From the NCBI RefSeq assembly GCF_009914755.1, contig NC_060927.1: a stretch of 64,000 bases of DNA. One strand, given 5' to 3'. The notes beneath the pieces were generated by a model. It made no database searches. It was not told where the DNA came from and saw only the letters and a list, made by a program, of their open reading frames with translations. Position numbers and translations under genes: made by a program. Below are positions 23,406-37,190 of this stretch, in pieces; within the stretch, counting starts at the first letter, position 1; each line of letters starts with the position of its first letter. This DNA comes from the human T2T-CHM13v2.0 reference genome, Homo sapiens.

Positions 23406-26400
23406 AGCCCTGGGGGCCTGGGGCAGGAGAAGGGGCAGCTTCCGTGCTCCCAGGCCTCCTGCCCTGGCCATGCATGTGCATGTGCGCACACGGGCTTTGG
23501 TGCACCAGGCATCTCCAAGCCTGTGCTGACGTCTGGGTGTGCATCTGTGCACATGGATCCGCGATGTCTCAGACGTGTCTGCATGTGCTCCGTGTGTGTT
23601 TTGGGAGGGTTGCGGTGTTTGTCAGTGTGTGTATCTCTTTGGGTGTGGGAGTGGGGTGAAGGAGGATCGAGTCCAGTGTACACAGGGTGGTGGCAAGTTC
23701 CCTAACCTCATGTCTCAGTGTCCCCATGTGTAAAATGTGCCTCAGTTCCAGTGTATCCAGTGCTAGTTTGCCCCATGGGCAAAGGGCATGCAGGTTAGTG
23801 GGGCCTCTTCTCCAGGACTGGGTGGGATTCAAGGGAGGCTTATCACTCTATTCTACAGGAAGCATACCAGGGCCAGACCCCTGTCTGGGGAGTGCAGGAG
23901 CCTGTCAGTCCGAGCTCACTCTGGAGTTGGTCCCGGCCCTGGCCTCCTCTGCCGAGCAGCCTCCATGTGGGGGTTAGCATCTCCAGATTCCCTTCCAGAG
24001 ACCAAGGCCAGCCCCGCTGACAGCCTCCCAGCTCCTAGTTCAGCCTTGTCTGTCCTCTGAGGCAGGGACTGGGGAGGCCTCCTGCCAAGGGGCTGCATGG
24101 GCAAGGTCTTGAAGGGAGAGTAGGAGTTTGCCAGGGCAAGGAAGGGTGGCACCTGCCAGAGGGAACAGCAGAGTGAAGGCTGTGGCGAGGAAGTGCTCGC
24201 TGGGGCCCGTGTGCCTGCTTGCTGAGGAGGGATGAGGTCATAGCTCCAGACCCCCCAGCCCCTGCTGCACCTCCAGGAGCCTCCACACAGGCAGCCCAGA
24301 TTAAAAAGAGTAATTAGCATTTGACTGATAACGGGGTTGAGCCATTAATTAGCCTGCTCAGCCGGCACCAGGCTTGGCTGCTGGGAGTTGGGGCGGAGGC
24401 AGCAGTGGGTGCTGGGAGTGGGGCTCGCAAGGCTCTACAGGGGCTCCATTCCCTTTGCTGAGCACTGGTGATGCTCGGGGAGGTGATGGGGGCGCTATGA
24501 ACAATGTGGCCGGACCTCGGGCAGCCAGGGAGGCCTAGAAGGCTGTCTGCTGGGTGTGGGAGGCCTTGGAGCCCCACAAGGGCACAGGCAGGGGGATGGG
24601 GCATGGTGTCCAGTTGGGGTTTCAAGAGACCCCTCTGGCCTCCTGAAGGAGCCAATGGCAGGGCCTGGAGGTCAGGGCTCCCCCACCCCCAACACAAACA
24701 GGGGGCAGAGGCCATATGGGTTGGAGAGGACCTGGGACCAGTGGTTGGTGATTGGATGTGGCAGCCGAGGGGAGGGGACAGTCCGAGCTGAGGCCTGGGA
24801 GGAAGAGGACGTTTGGGAAGGCTCGGGGATTGAAAACAGAGAGGTGAAACTTGAGAGGAGAGGTACGTTTGGGAAGAGGCCCCAAGTTGAGTGCTCGAAT
24901 ATTTATGAGGCCTCCTGGGTACAGGCCCTGCCACTGTGCTGGGGCACCAGTGGGGGAGACGGAGACCCTGCCCGCATCCCAGCCTTGTGCTCCCTGGGGC
25001 AAGCCCAGTGCAGGGACCTCAGAGGGCACTGGGAGGGACAGCATGGACCCTAGATCACTACCTCCCACCTGGCAGTGTGGCCTGCGGCCCCCTCTGCAAA
25101 GGAGGCTGTCGGGCCGGCCCCGAACCCCTGGCCCACCCAGGCCAGCAGGTTGTAGGTCACATGGCCACACCCCTGGAGCCCTGAATGAGGTGTTGCTCAG
25201 TCCCCACGTGCTCCCCCCACGTTATCACTGGCCCCCATGAGGGAGACAGTGCAGCAGAGAGAAACGGCCACATCCCACAGCCACAGGTGAGGCCTCTAGG
25301 TCAAGGCCTGGCTGGGAGCCCAGGCTGACCTGGCCCTGGGGCACGGTGCCAGGCCTCACCCCCCAAGGTCATTCCATAGACTCGGCCCCGAGCCTCCAGC
25401 ATCCCACATAGCCACCACCTGGCGGGCCCCAGCATCCGTCTCCCCTGCAAGGCTTGCACAGCCCAACATCACCTGTGGGAGGAGACCCCGTTGGCAGGGC
25501 CAGTCCTGTGGAGCCACCTGAAGAGGCACAGAGGCAACGGAGCTGTGGCCAGCACAGTGTGTCCCAGCAAAGGGCCGCCGAGGGGCCGCTGGGCCCAAGG
25601 CAGTCTCCAGTCAGCCGCTTGGTCCTCCAGCTCCGACCCGCCTGTCTTCACTGCCATCTGCCATCACTTCCTCTGCCTCTCTCTGGTCCTTGACGGACAA
25701 CCCTGCCTCCCGCCAACGTCTAGTTCACCTCTTCCCTGTCCATGCCCTGAGGCTTGGGGCCCCAGCCCTAGAGTGATGTCTATCTGGGACCCCCGGGCAA
25801 CCTACCAAGGTAGAGGCAGGCTGGAGGGTCTGTGGGGTGTGGTTACCTACAAGTGGACCCCGGGGCTCTCTGGAGCTTTCTCCTCCCACTCCCTCCCTCC
25901 CAAGCTTCCACCCTGGGCCTGCCCCCATGGCAGCCACTCTCTGCAGGGCCCTCCCTGCTCCCAGCTCTTCAGCTCCTTCTAGGGTACCTGAGGACGCAGG
26001 GACCCAGAGGACCTTGAGCTGGGGGTAGAGAAAGGCAAGGGGGGAGCGGAGCCAGGCCTTCCTCAGAGGCCCAGGCAGAGGCCCTGGAAATTCCCCAAGG
26101 ACTCCAGAGCTGGGGCTCAGACCAGGCTACAGAGGCCAAGTTCCTGACCCTTCCCCATCCCTTCCCGGTTAATTACCAAGAAAGACTCTCCCAAGCCAGT
26201 TACCCACACTGTCCCCAGACTGTCATCAGCACCACCACCATCACTAAGCTCACCATCATTCCATCATTTAACGTCACTACTAACGTCAATGCCATCATCA
26301 CCTCATAGCGTAACTAACTTCACCGCCATCATCATCAGCATCACCAGCGACCTGCTCAGATTGGTTTGGGGAAGACATGTCTGGAGGCCGACAGGGAGGA

Positions 26401-28739
26401 GCATGACACAGTTTGCCAGGAGGGAGACGCCATGCCCAGGCTCGGGCAAGAGGGAATGGGGTGCGAGTGGGGCCATGGCTGGAGTCAGTAAAGAGGAGGA
26501 GGAGGCAGATTTGAAGATGATCCCAAAGCTACATCAGCTGGCCTTGGCACTGACTGGATGATCGAGGGGAGGCCAGACTTAGGGGATCCAGGGTCCCTGG
26601 CCAGCCTCTGCCCAGAGTTGCTGGGCACAAGAGATGGGAACCCTGCAGAGGATGGGGTGGGCAAGACACCTTGGCAAGCTTCACTGCAGAATTGCTGAGT
26701 CCAAAACTCAGATACCCTTGGGGAATTTGGCTTGGAAAGCCTCTCCCTGGACAGCTGTGTCTTGGGTCTGGGTGGACGCAGAGATGGGTCATTGGCATAC
26801 AGGCACAGCAAAGGCTATGGGATCCTGAGGCCATGGGGAGGGATAGAGCTAGAGAAGAGACGGGCCCAGGGAGGGCTCTGCGGTGCCAGGGCACAAGAGG
26901 ACATGCAGGGCCAGGGAAGGTGGGCATTGCTTGAGATGCCCATGGGCCATGGGTGCCAGGCCCAGGGAAGAGGGTGGTGGGGTGGAGCCTCAGGCAGGCT
27001 TCCGAAGGAAGTGAGCAGGGCGCTTCTGGGTGGAAGTTGTGTAATGGGTGTGGCATGAGATGAGGCAACCCGCCTCAGATGCAGAGCGATGATAGGGTGG
27101 AAGATAGCCAATAGTCAGCAGCGCCTCACTGCCCCAGTGCTCACCGTGGGGGGATCCACTCCCGCACTGGCCAGGCCTCCCCAGGTCTCCCTGCCACCTT
27201 GCCCTGCTCTGTCTCCAGGCCTTTGCTGGTGATGCTGCCCTCGCCGCCGGGGCCCATGCTCCACTCAAGCCCGCTTCTCCCTCAACCTCGGGGCTCTCGC
27301 ACAGATGGCTCTTGATGGGCAGGGTGGGAGGAAGAGAAGCAGGTTCTGGGTCCTGTGCCACCCGAAGGACAGTGCTGCTCCAAGGAAGGTCTCCTGGCCG
27401 GCCTCTTATGGATGGGTGGGAAGGAGAGGAGCGGTTTTGGGACCCCTGCTTCCTGGAGTTCCTCACAGAGGGGAAACTGAGGCAGGGGAGGGGTTGGTCC
27501 TCTGCCCAGTCCCCCAGCACAGGGAACCTTTGGGGGGAAGTGGCTGCTGCCAGCTGATGCCTGTGGGAAGGACTAGCCCAAGCCTGCCAGGTCCTGGCAC
27601 AGAGCAGGCGTTGGGGACCAGGGTCTGGGTGCCTGTGTGGACACACTGACCAGGCTGCGGCCCAGCCCTGCCTCCCACCATGGACAGCTGGTTGGGCTGC
27701 CGATAAGGAGAGACGGTTGCAGAGTCACCAGGCCCCGATGATAAGACAGACAAGCATCTCCCGGTGGCCGGAAGGTGGGGGAGGGGCCCACCGGAGAAGC
27801 ACCCACATCTTGGGTGGGAACACAGAGGCTGCTGGTTCTGGGCAGGGCCCACCCTGCCCCTGGGGGCACAACAGCCCTCCCCAAGGCATCTGGGCAGCTG
27901 CCGACACAGTGCAGCAGGGCCCCGGCCTGGCCCACCCTGCAGGACCTCCCCACAGCGGCCCTGCCCAGCTCCAACTCCAATCCCACCTCAGCCCCGCCCA
28001 GCTCCACACGCAGTCTCCTCAGGGTTCCCTCGCACACCAGGCCCTGTCCCCCTCCGTCTCTGCTCGGCCATGCCCCTGCCTGGAGCACCCCCACACCATG
28101 CCCATCTCCCGCCCCTTCTTCCAGGTGCAGCAGCTTGTCCCTGAAAGAATGAACTGCTGGTGAGGAGAGAGGCTTATGGGAAGTTGGGGCTGTGACAGAG
28201 TGGGAGTGGGGTGGCAGGGGACACACAGGACAGGTGGGTGTGTCCTTGTGGAAGGGGCCTAGCATGTCATGGGGTTCTTTTGCTGGAGACATTGGGGCTC
28301 TCTCTTCTTGCCGGGGTTGCAGAGCTGGACAGCATGAACTTGAAGCCACTGTAGCCATCCTGTCCCCACGAAGGGAATGAGGTCCACAGCACAAAGGGGT
28401 GAGGGCCATGCCGAGAAAGGGCAATGGAGAAATGAAGAGATGGGTTCCTGCTGGCCCCATCTGAGCCCTGGATCCAGCTATGCCTGGAGCTCACCCCTGT
28501 GTCATGGGAGGCCACACATTCCCTCTGTTGCAGAAGCCTGGTGCCGCGGGTTCCTGCTTTGTGACTCAGAGAGCGATCGTGGTGGGTGCGGTCAGCCATG
28601 CCTCTCACTGTCCCAGCAGGGTTCCTGACCAGCAGCAGGTCCTGTTGCTTCACCTTCAAAGCCTGTCCCGAATCAGTCAGCCCCCACCCCATGGCCACCA
28701 GCCCAGCCAGACCCAATCACCTCCTGCTTGGACCATCAC

Positions 28740-29310
28740 AATTGCCTCACCCTGGTCTCCTGCTCTGCCGGCTGCAGCCGGAGAATCCTGTTAAAACGTG
28801 TCAGGGCCCCTCTTCTCTGTTGTAAACCCTCTCGCCCGCACCTTCCTCAGGGCAATTGCCAGAGTCCTCACCATGACCCCCAGGCCCTGCACGACCTCCC
28901 TGACCTCCTCTGCCATCTCCCCACTCCTCCTAGGTCTCCAGCCTCAGGAGAGGGAGCCCCTGCTCCTGGATGTCCCAGGTACTCCCTCCCGCCTCAGGGC
29001 CTCTGCACACAGCTCCCGCTGCCCCCAGCTTGCTCCCCACCCATTCTTCATTGAGCAGCCCCATTGCCCCCAGCCCCGCAGTAAAAATCCACATTCCCAC
29101 CCGCTGTTTCACCCTTCTTTCTAGCTGGGCTCTCCCACTCTCAGCATTCTGCCTGTCGACCTCATTTACTGCCAGTGTTCCCATGGGAAGGGGGCTCTAG
29201 GGACAGGGGTTTCTGTCCTTTTGCTCACTGCTGTGTCCCAGTGTCAGGCAGAGCACCCAGCACATGCCTGGCGCTCCACACACAGGAGCACTCGGGCCAG
29301 TGGGAATTAA
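28740..29310 (+). mobile_element. L2 remnant
   Basis: gtcctcaccatgacccccaggccctgcacgacc...ggacaggggtttctgtccttttgctcactgctgtgtcccagtg...acatgcctggc. Confidence 0.65.
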
Positions 29311-30204
29311 GTGAGTTGTTCCATGCAGGGTCCCCATAAATGGAGCTGGTCTCATTATTGCCGTAACTGTTACTGGCCACACTGTCCTGGCCTGCAGACC
29401 ACGGTGACCTTCATCAACAGTGACAGGGCATGTGCACTCCGGTTCACATGTGCTGAGGTGCCATGCTGCACCCCAGGTCCTGTGCCCAGTGCTCCCTGCT
29501 GACCTAACAGAGCCAGCACCCCCATTCTCAGCCCCCAGCCAGGACCCGGGGGCCTTCCCAACCTTCCCCAGCCTTGCCAGCCCACCCTATGGCCCCAGGG
29601 GCCTTCCCATCTGATTGGGTCACTCCTCCGCTCCCCAAAGGGTGAAATCCAAGCCCTTACCTCGGCATTCTGGACTCTAGGATGTGGCCGGCACCTCCCA
29701 AACCCACCACGTGCCCACCACTGGAGTCCCCAGACCAGACTGGGCCTGCGCCTCCCTCTGCCTACGCTGATGCCCTCGTCCAGTCCTGCTCCCTCAGCAC
29801 CCCCTCCTCACCTGTCTGCACCCGCTCATGACCCAGCTCACGGCCCCTCGGTAAGTGCAGTTTTCACCTCCTGCTCCAAATCTACAGCCCAGATGCAGTG
29901 TCTCTGCCAAGGCTCAAATCTGCCTTTCCAGCCTGGCTGTTTCCCCAGGACTCCACGCACCCACCTGTGCCTCCTCTGTGCTCCCAACAGCAGGCGGCTC
30001 TGCCCGACTCCTCTCCTGCCCCCACCACCCCATGCCCACACCAGCAAGGCCCAGGCCTTCTTCCAACACATCCCAATCTGACCTTCCCCCATTCTGCTGC
30101 ACCACCCCAGGCCAGGCTACTCCCTGGGATCACACCTTAGCATCCCCCGTGCCCCACAGACTGTCCACATACAGCCACAGGGAGCCTGTCAGTGATGGCC
30201 ATTC

Positions 30205-30390
30205 CCTGCCCCCACTCTGCCCAGCACCCCCTACTCTGCTCACACCCCAACTCTGCCCAGCACCCCCCAACTTTGCCCAGCACCCTTGACTGTGCTCAGC
30301 ATCCCTGATACTGCCCAGCACCCCTGTGGCCGGGGTGCCCTGACTCTGCCTAGCACCCTGACTATGCCTAGCACCTCTGATTAGCACTGC
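30205..30390. repeat. Degenerate ~20 bp minisatellite, about 8 units
   Basis: Recurrent actctgcccagcaccc unit. Confidence 0.8.
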
Positions 30391-30589
30391 TACCAGGATT
30401 TGGAATGAGGCACATGCAGGCACTGAGTTGGGGTTGGTCACCCCTCAACTTATCAGTTGCTATTCCTCACCCTGTCTCTGGACCTCTGCCTCTGCCCCTG
30501 CTCTCTGGGCCCCTCTGTGCCATCCCCTCAAGACTAGGGGACATCACATGTCCCTCCCTGACTCCATCCCAGTCAGTAATGCTCTTCAT

Positions 30590-31260
30590 CCCCATACAAA
30601 TTAAAGCAACAAGGAAGTGCCATTTTGCATTGGTCAAACTGGTAAAAATTTTTAAAGATTGATAATATCAAGTGTTGGTGAAGAGTGAGGGCAGTGGGAA
30701 TTTGATGCTATTAGGAGTGGACTTCACACAACAACTCTGGAGGGCCAGCTGCCACGTCTATTAAATTAAAAATGCATGGGCCCCATGAGCACAAGCACTC
30801 ACTCACATGTGTGCACAAAGAAGTGGGGCACGGCTGCTGGTGGCAGTCCTGCCTGAAACAGGAGAAAAAAAATGGCAATGTTCATCAGTAGTGGTGTGGA
30901 CACTGAAACAGTGCTGTGTGGCCATAGAGTGAAATACTCAACAATAGGTAAAGGAAGGAAGTCTGAGTGTCCTGTGGATAAATCCTGAAAACAGGTGAAA
31001 AAAGTTGCAAAAGGATACGTGCAGAATGATGCTGTTTACATTGAACAGAAACTCCACAAAGTGATACTGTGTGTTCTGTGAATGCAGGCATGGATATTTA
31101 ACTACATGGAGAAAGGCGTGCAAGGATGTGCTTCAAACTGACCACCAGGAGCTGCCAGCAAGGGGGGTTAGGAAGGGCAGTGGTGGGAAAAGGGCACTCA
31201 GCCTTATGTTTTCATTTTGTTCAGAGACTGTATCTGTGCATTATTCACAAACTGGAGGTG
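30590..31260 (+). mobile_element. Ancient L1ME-type fragment
   Basis: atacaaattaaagcaacaagg...aaaatttttaaagattgataatatcaagtgttggtga. Confidence 0.7.
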
Positions 31261-31579
31261 AGCGAGGGAAAGGTTCTGTGCAGCCCAGAGGTGTGCAGGA
31301 ATAAGAGCCACACCGGCACCTCCTTGCTCACAGCCACCCAGCCCTTGTTTCCTGGAGACCAGGTCTCTAGTCAGTTAATGAAAGACTAGCCCTGTGTGGT
31401 GAGGCCCCGACACATCTCTGTGGCTGCCCTGGATCCCACCCTCAAAAGCCGTAGCTCTGGGGCCAGAGACAGATTGCAGGAGGAGGCCTGGGGTTCAGAC
31501 ACCCCCATGGGGTTTGTCATGCCTAGGAGTTCACTCCTGAGTCCTGTGATGGCCGCAGCGGGAGGGGGGACAGCCAAGA

Positions 31580-31770
31580 CCCAGAGACAGTGAGAGTAAG
31601 GGAGAGCAACAGAAACACAGAGAAAGGCCAGGAGAGACAGAGACAGTGAGAGGCGCAGAGACATGGAGACGGGAAGAAAGAGTGAAAGGGACAGACACAA
31701 AGAGAGACAGAGAGAAAAAGAAGTAGAGGGGGAGAAACAAAGAGAAAACAGACAGAGAGTCAGAGAGGCC
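31580..31770. repeat. GA-rich low-complexity tract
   Basis: Directly visible gagacagaga-type repeats. Confidence 0.8.
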
Positions 31771-34764
31771 CCGCGCAGAGCAGGAGAGGGAGGCTGTCAC
31801 ACACGCGCGTGGCTCCGCCTGCTTGGATTGGTCAGAACTGACTGCAATTAAAGCCCATAATTGATTCCCTCGGATGACGAGGATCATTTCAATGCAGAGA
31901 ATTAAGGTTTTCTTCCAAGATGAAAATAAAGATTAATTTGCAATTTCCTTCCTCACTGCACATGTGAGAACGGTCCCTGCTGGGAGGAAAGCTCAACCCT
32001 GGCAGGTGGGCTGGGGGCGCCCTCAGGGCCTGAGCCCACAGCCTCCCAGGAGAGGGCACAGCCTGGACCACCTGCCTCCTTGGCTGGCACAGAGGTGTGG
32101 GCGCCCTGCTCAGACACAGGCCTCCACGCCTGGGATCCCTGCAGTTGGATGGGACTGAGAGAGGCCAGGCCCATCAGGCCTCTACCACCTTTGACGAGCC
32201 CTCCACGTCCTTCTTTCCTTGCAGGCCTCATCAGCTCCTTTTCCTGGGAAGGACTCCCCAGTTCCCGAAGCAGAGTCTGATATGCAGAGCCCCAGTGAAA
32301 GATGACAGGACAGTACCGGAGGGGAGAAGTGGGGGCCCCAATACTTCTCTTCCCTCCCTCCAGGGCCCCCTGCTCCTGCCACCCTGGCTGGGCTCCCTGA
32401 GCTGGGAAATACACACTGGAGTCTAGCAGGGTGCTCCCCTCCAGCCCAGGCCCCACTGTGCCCCCTCCTCTGGGGGTACCTCAGGCTTGGAAACATATGC
32501 AGGTTCCAGAAGCGGCGGCCCTTGCACCTGTCCGGGACCTGCCATCCGGACCCACCACCTCTCGGGACAAGGAGGCTCTCAGGCCTCACAGAGGCCTTGC
32601 CCAGCCTGGGAGCATCATAGGGCTGGCCAGGGCCAGGAGGGACCATGAGCCCACCCCATCCTGGGCCCCAGGAGCCAGCGTGGCAGGCTTTGTCCTGTGG
32701 CATTTCTAGCCACCCACCTTGTCCCCGGGGCCTTGTCCCCAGCAAGGTGTGCCAAAGGCCCCTCACCAGCCACCCCTCCAGGCCCACACTCTGTTGAGGC
32801 CCTGGCAGGGCAGGGTTACCAGTCTGGGCTCAGAGGCCTGGAGCCTGCACAACCTCTGAGCAAGCTGGACCTGCCCACAGCAGCAGAGGCTCTGCCTCTC
32901 CAGCTGGGGCGACCCTGCACTTGCCCTGGTATCCCAGCGTGAACGAGGGGGTCAGGTGTGAACAGGGGGGTCAGGAGGAAGCGGCACCTCCGTCTGCAGT
33001 CTCCTCAGATCTTGCCTGTGCAAGCTCAGAGTGGGGCCTTCAAGGGGGGTCCCAAGAACCGGGATTTGGGCTCTGGGCTGTGCACAGTCTCCGGGACCTG
33101 ACTCTGGGTCTGTCCCTGCACCCCTGCACCTGTGGCCCTCCCAGGTCAGCTGCTGGTGCCACAGCCCCATAGTTGTGAACACCTGGAGCTGCCCATTCAG
33201 CCTCTTGTGCCGACTTTTCCCGAAGGTGACCTCTGGACGACCTCCCGGTGCACAGAGGGAGGAGGAAGAGCAGGTTTATGAGCGGGGTGGGGGGGCGCAT
33301 TCCTCCGGGCAGCCTGGTGGCCTGGGCCTATCTCACCATCGCCACAGGACTGAGGGGCCCCCTGAGCCTCGGCCCACCTCTGGCCTGGCTGACCTGTGGG
33401 CACCAGGAAGCCCAGGACCAGGGGACCACATTAGGGTCTCAGCCCCGGTTACCCTGGAGCTGGGCTGGGCCCAGTGGCTGCCATGTGTCTCTAGTGCAGC
33501 CTCTGCTCACTCCTCCAGGGACAGAGAGCTCCCTCCGCACTCCCCCGGCCGACTGATAACTCCATTTCAGATGGCACAAGAATTCTCTCATACAGGTGGT
33601 TTGTGGAAAAAAACAGCAGCTCTGGGGCAGTCGTGAAGACCAAGTTGCCCAGCACGGTGCTGGGCGCTCAGCCAGAGCCATCTCTGAACCCTCTGGGGGG
33701 TCCCAGTTCAGCCTCCAGACCTACAGATCTGCCTGTCCCTATGGCCCTGGGGCAACTGCAGAGCCTGGGCCAGTGCTCTGAGGCTGGCATCTCAGCCCCA
33801 ACCCTGGCTCCCTAGAACTCTAGCAGTGCCAACAGGGCAGGACTGTCACCTCCAGAAAGCTGGGCGCAGGCCTTGGGTAGCCTGGCATGGGGCGGCTCCT
33901 GCATACGTTCAGGAGTGAATGGAGCCTCGGATTCTCTGAAGAGCCCCACTGCTCTGTCAGGGGGATCATGGCTCCCCGGGGTCAGAGGGATGGAGGGCAG
34001 TGTTTCTGTCCAGAAAGGCTCGAGGGCAGCTAGAAATGCCACAGGTCCTGGCCTTCTGGGGTATGGTTTCCCACATGGGCCCTTGTACTGGGGGTTGAGG
34101 TCCCGAGAGGAAGGCAGGGAAGTGTGCAGGGCCACGCCTCAACACAGGGGCCAGACCCTGAGAAACTCGTTCTCACTCCTCGGGCCTTGAGGCCCCCCGG
34201 CTGCTCTCCGTGGCTGGCCCTGGCCCATTAGTTTATTGATCCCCTTGACCAATCATTGGACCAAAGTTTCCTCAACCCTTGCTTGGGCCAGATCCAGGCC
34301 AGGGACCAGAGGGAGCTTGAAACATCCCGTCCCCTGACAAGGAGGTGCCCGGGAGGGTGGGAGAGTTGCCACTCAGACCAGAAGCCCAGATGTCCCTGCC
34401 TACCCCAGGGACAGCCAGCCCAGGCTGGTCCCAGACAGTCACCAGAGCCTTCCTTCAGGTCCCCCTTGTGTGCCCACCTGACCTGCTGGGAGCACTGGGT
34501 AATGAAGAGGTCATGCTGCCCCCACCTGCAGGCTACTAGCCCTCCCAGAGGTCATGTGACCAAGAGGACCTTTCCCAGGCCCACACCAACCATGGCAGCT
34601 TTGCTTTTAGCAGCACAAACAGATCTGGGATCCAGTGAGACCTGCAGGAAGGGTCTCACCCTGTCTGTGCCTCAGCGAAATGAAATTAATATTAGGACCA
34701 CCTTCTCTGGGTAGCAGTCAGAGGGAAACGGGCACACAGCAGGTGCTCATTAAATGCTTCATGG

Positions 34765-35465
<701 letters not shown>

Positions 35466-35974
35466 GGTCAATGCTCCATGGCCATTCTCTCTGCCCTGCA
35501 GCCAATGCCTGGGGGCAACCCTTGCAGCGGGTGGTTCAGCACCAGAGCCTTGGTGGGTAGGGAACAGAGGCCCTTTGCCTGGGGGGGTGATGGGGAGAAT
35601 GTGACCTGGAGCTGCGGGAGACACAGAAACGACACCCAGAAACACCACACACCCGCACACACACACTATGCATGCACGTGCACACACGCACACTTCCTGG
35701 GGGATGAAATGCAGCCATTCCCAAAGACACCTGGCCCCAAGAGTCACCTCTGGCAGGCTGCAGGAAGCACCCACCAGCCTCCTGGCTTCTGCTGCTGGCT
35801 GCTCCCTACACCAGCAGGCTGGGTGCCTCCCCAAGCCTCAGTCTGCTCTTCTCCTCAATGGGCAGAAAGTAACCTGCTTCCCAGGGCTGCAGAAGAGGCC
35901 AGTGGGGTTCTATGGTGGAATTCACTTTATTGTTGTTTTTAATTATTGTATTACTTATCTGGTTTGGGGGTGTT

Positions 35975-36290
35975 TTGGGTTTTTGTTTTGTTTTGTTTTG
36001 CTTTGTTTTAGGCAGTCTCACTCTGTCACCTAGGTTGGAGTGCAGTGGTGTGATCATGGCTCACTGCAGCCTCGAACTCCTAGGCTCTCATGATCCTCCT
36101 GCCTCAGCCTCCTGAGTAGCTAAGACTACACAGGCATGCACCATCATACTGCCTATTTTTTTTCTTTATTGGTAGAGACATGGTCTCACTATGTTCCCCA
36201 GGCTGCTTGTGAACTCCTGTCCTCAAGTGATCTTCCTGCCTTGGCCTCTCAAAGTGCTGGGATTACAGGAATGAGTCACGGCACCCAGCC
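35975..36290 (-). mobile_element. AluJ
   Basis: (TTTTG)n tail, ctcactgcagcctcgaactcct, ends at cacccagcc. Confidence 0.9.
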
Positions 36291-36634
36291 ATTTATCATT
36301 TTTATTAAGGAAATAGTTCAAACATACGAAAAGTGCGCGGAGTATAATACAGTGAACCCCATGTGTCCATACCCACCACAACAAACTACTGACGCACGCA
36401 ACAAAGTGAATGGAAGTAACAACCTCCGGGACCGTGTCTCCCGCCCCACCCCAATCTCCTCCCCCACTCCTCTCATCTTCTGTGGGCCAGTTCTAAAGCT
36501 CGTTCAGTCTAAGGTGGAGACTGCGGCGGAAGTGGTCTTTCTCAGGGAGGCAGTGGCGGGGTGGTCAGGGCCTCTCACCAAGCAGGTAGGACTGGTCAAC
36601 TCCATGATTCTGAGAGTCTGCGACTCTGTGACTG

Positions 36635-37190
36635 GTTTTTAAAATTGTTGTTTGTCACATACAGTAAAAATCACCCCTTTAAACATGTAGCTCTGTGCGT
36701 TTTGAAAAACACATTCAGTTGTGTAACCCCTACCTGAGTCAAAAGAGAGAACAGGTGCACCCCCATGCTTCATGCCCCTGTGAAAGCACCCCTCGCACAC
36801 CCGGCCCCAGCATTCACTCATCTCTTTTCCATCACTGTTGTTTTACACTTTCTAGAATGTCACATGAGTGGGATCACACTGTGTGTGGACTTTCCAGCAA
36901 GGCTTCCTGGCCTTGGGATTCATGCTTGTGGCTGCACGTCCCAGCAGCTCCTTGGGTCACTGAGCAGGGCCCCGAGGTGTGGCTGTGGACGAGCGGATGG
37001 ATTCACCTGCGGAAGGACACTCGGGCTGCTTCCAGTTTGGGGTGACTGTGACTAAAGCTGCTCCGAACACTCTTGTGGGGTTTTGTGTGAGCATCGGTGC
37101 TTCTCTCCCATAAGTAAACACCTCACCGTGGAAGGTCTGTGTTGTGTGGCGTGTGTTTTACTGCCACGCGGTTTCCCACCCCAGCTGCTG
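36635..37190 (-). mobile_element. Ancient L1M fragment
   Basis: cacatacagtaaaaatcacccctttaa...ttctagaatgtcacatgagtgggatcacac...gctgcttccagtttgggg. Confidence 0.7.

Noticed and set aside
27573-28460. 295 aa minus-strand ORF and nested ORFs
   Set aside because: No homology recognised; several frames are open at once because of high GC.
30205-30390. Regularly spaced repeats resembling a CRISPR array (also 22043-22088 and 54733-54795)
   Set aside because: Eukaryotic DNA, degenerate head-to-tail units without unique spacers, no cas genes.
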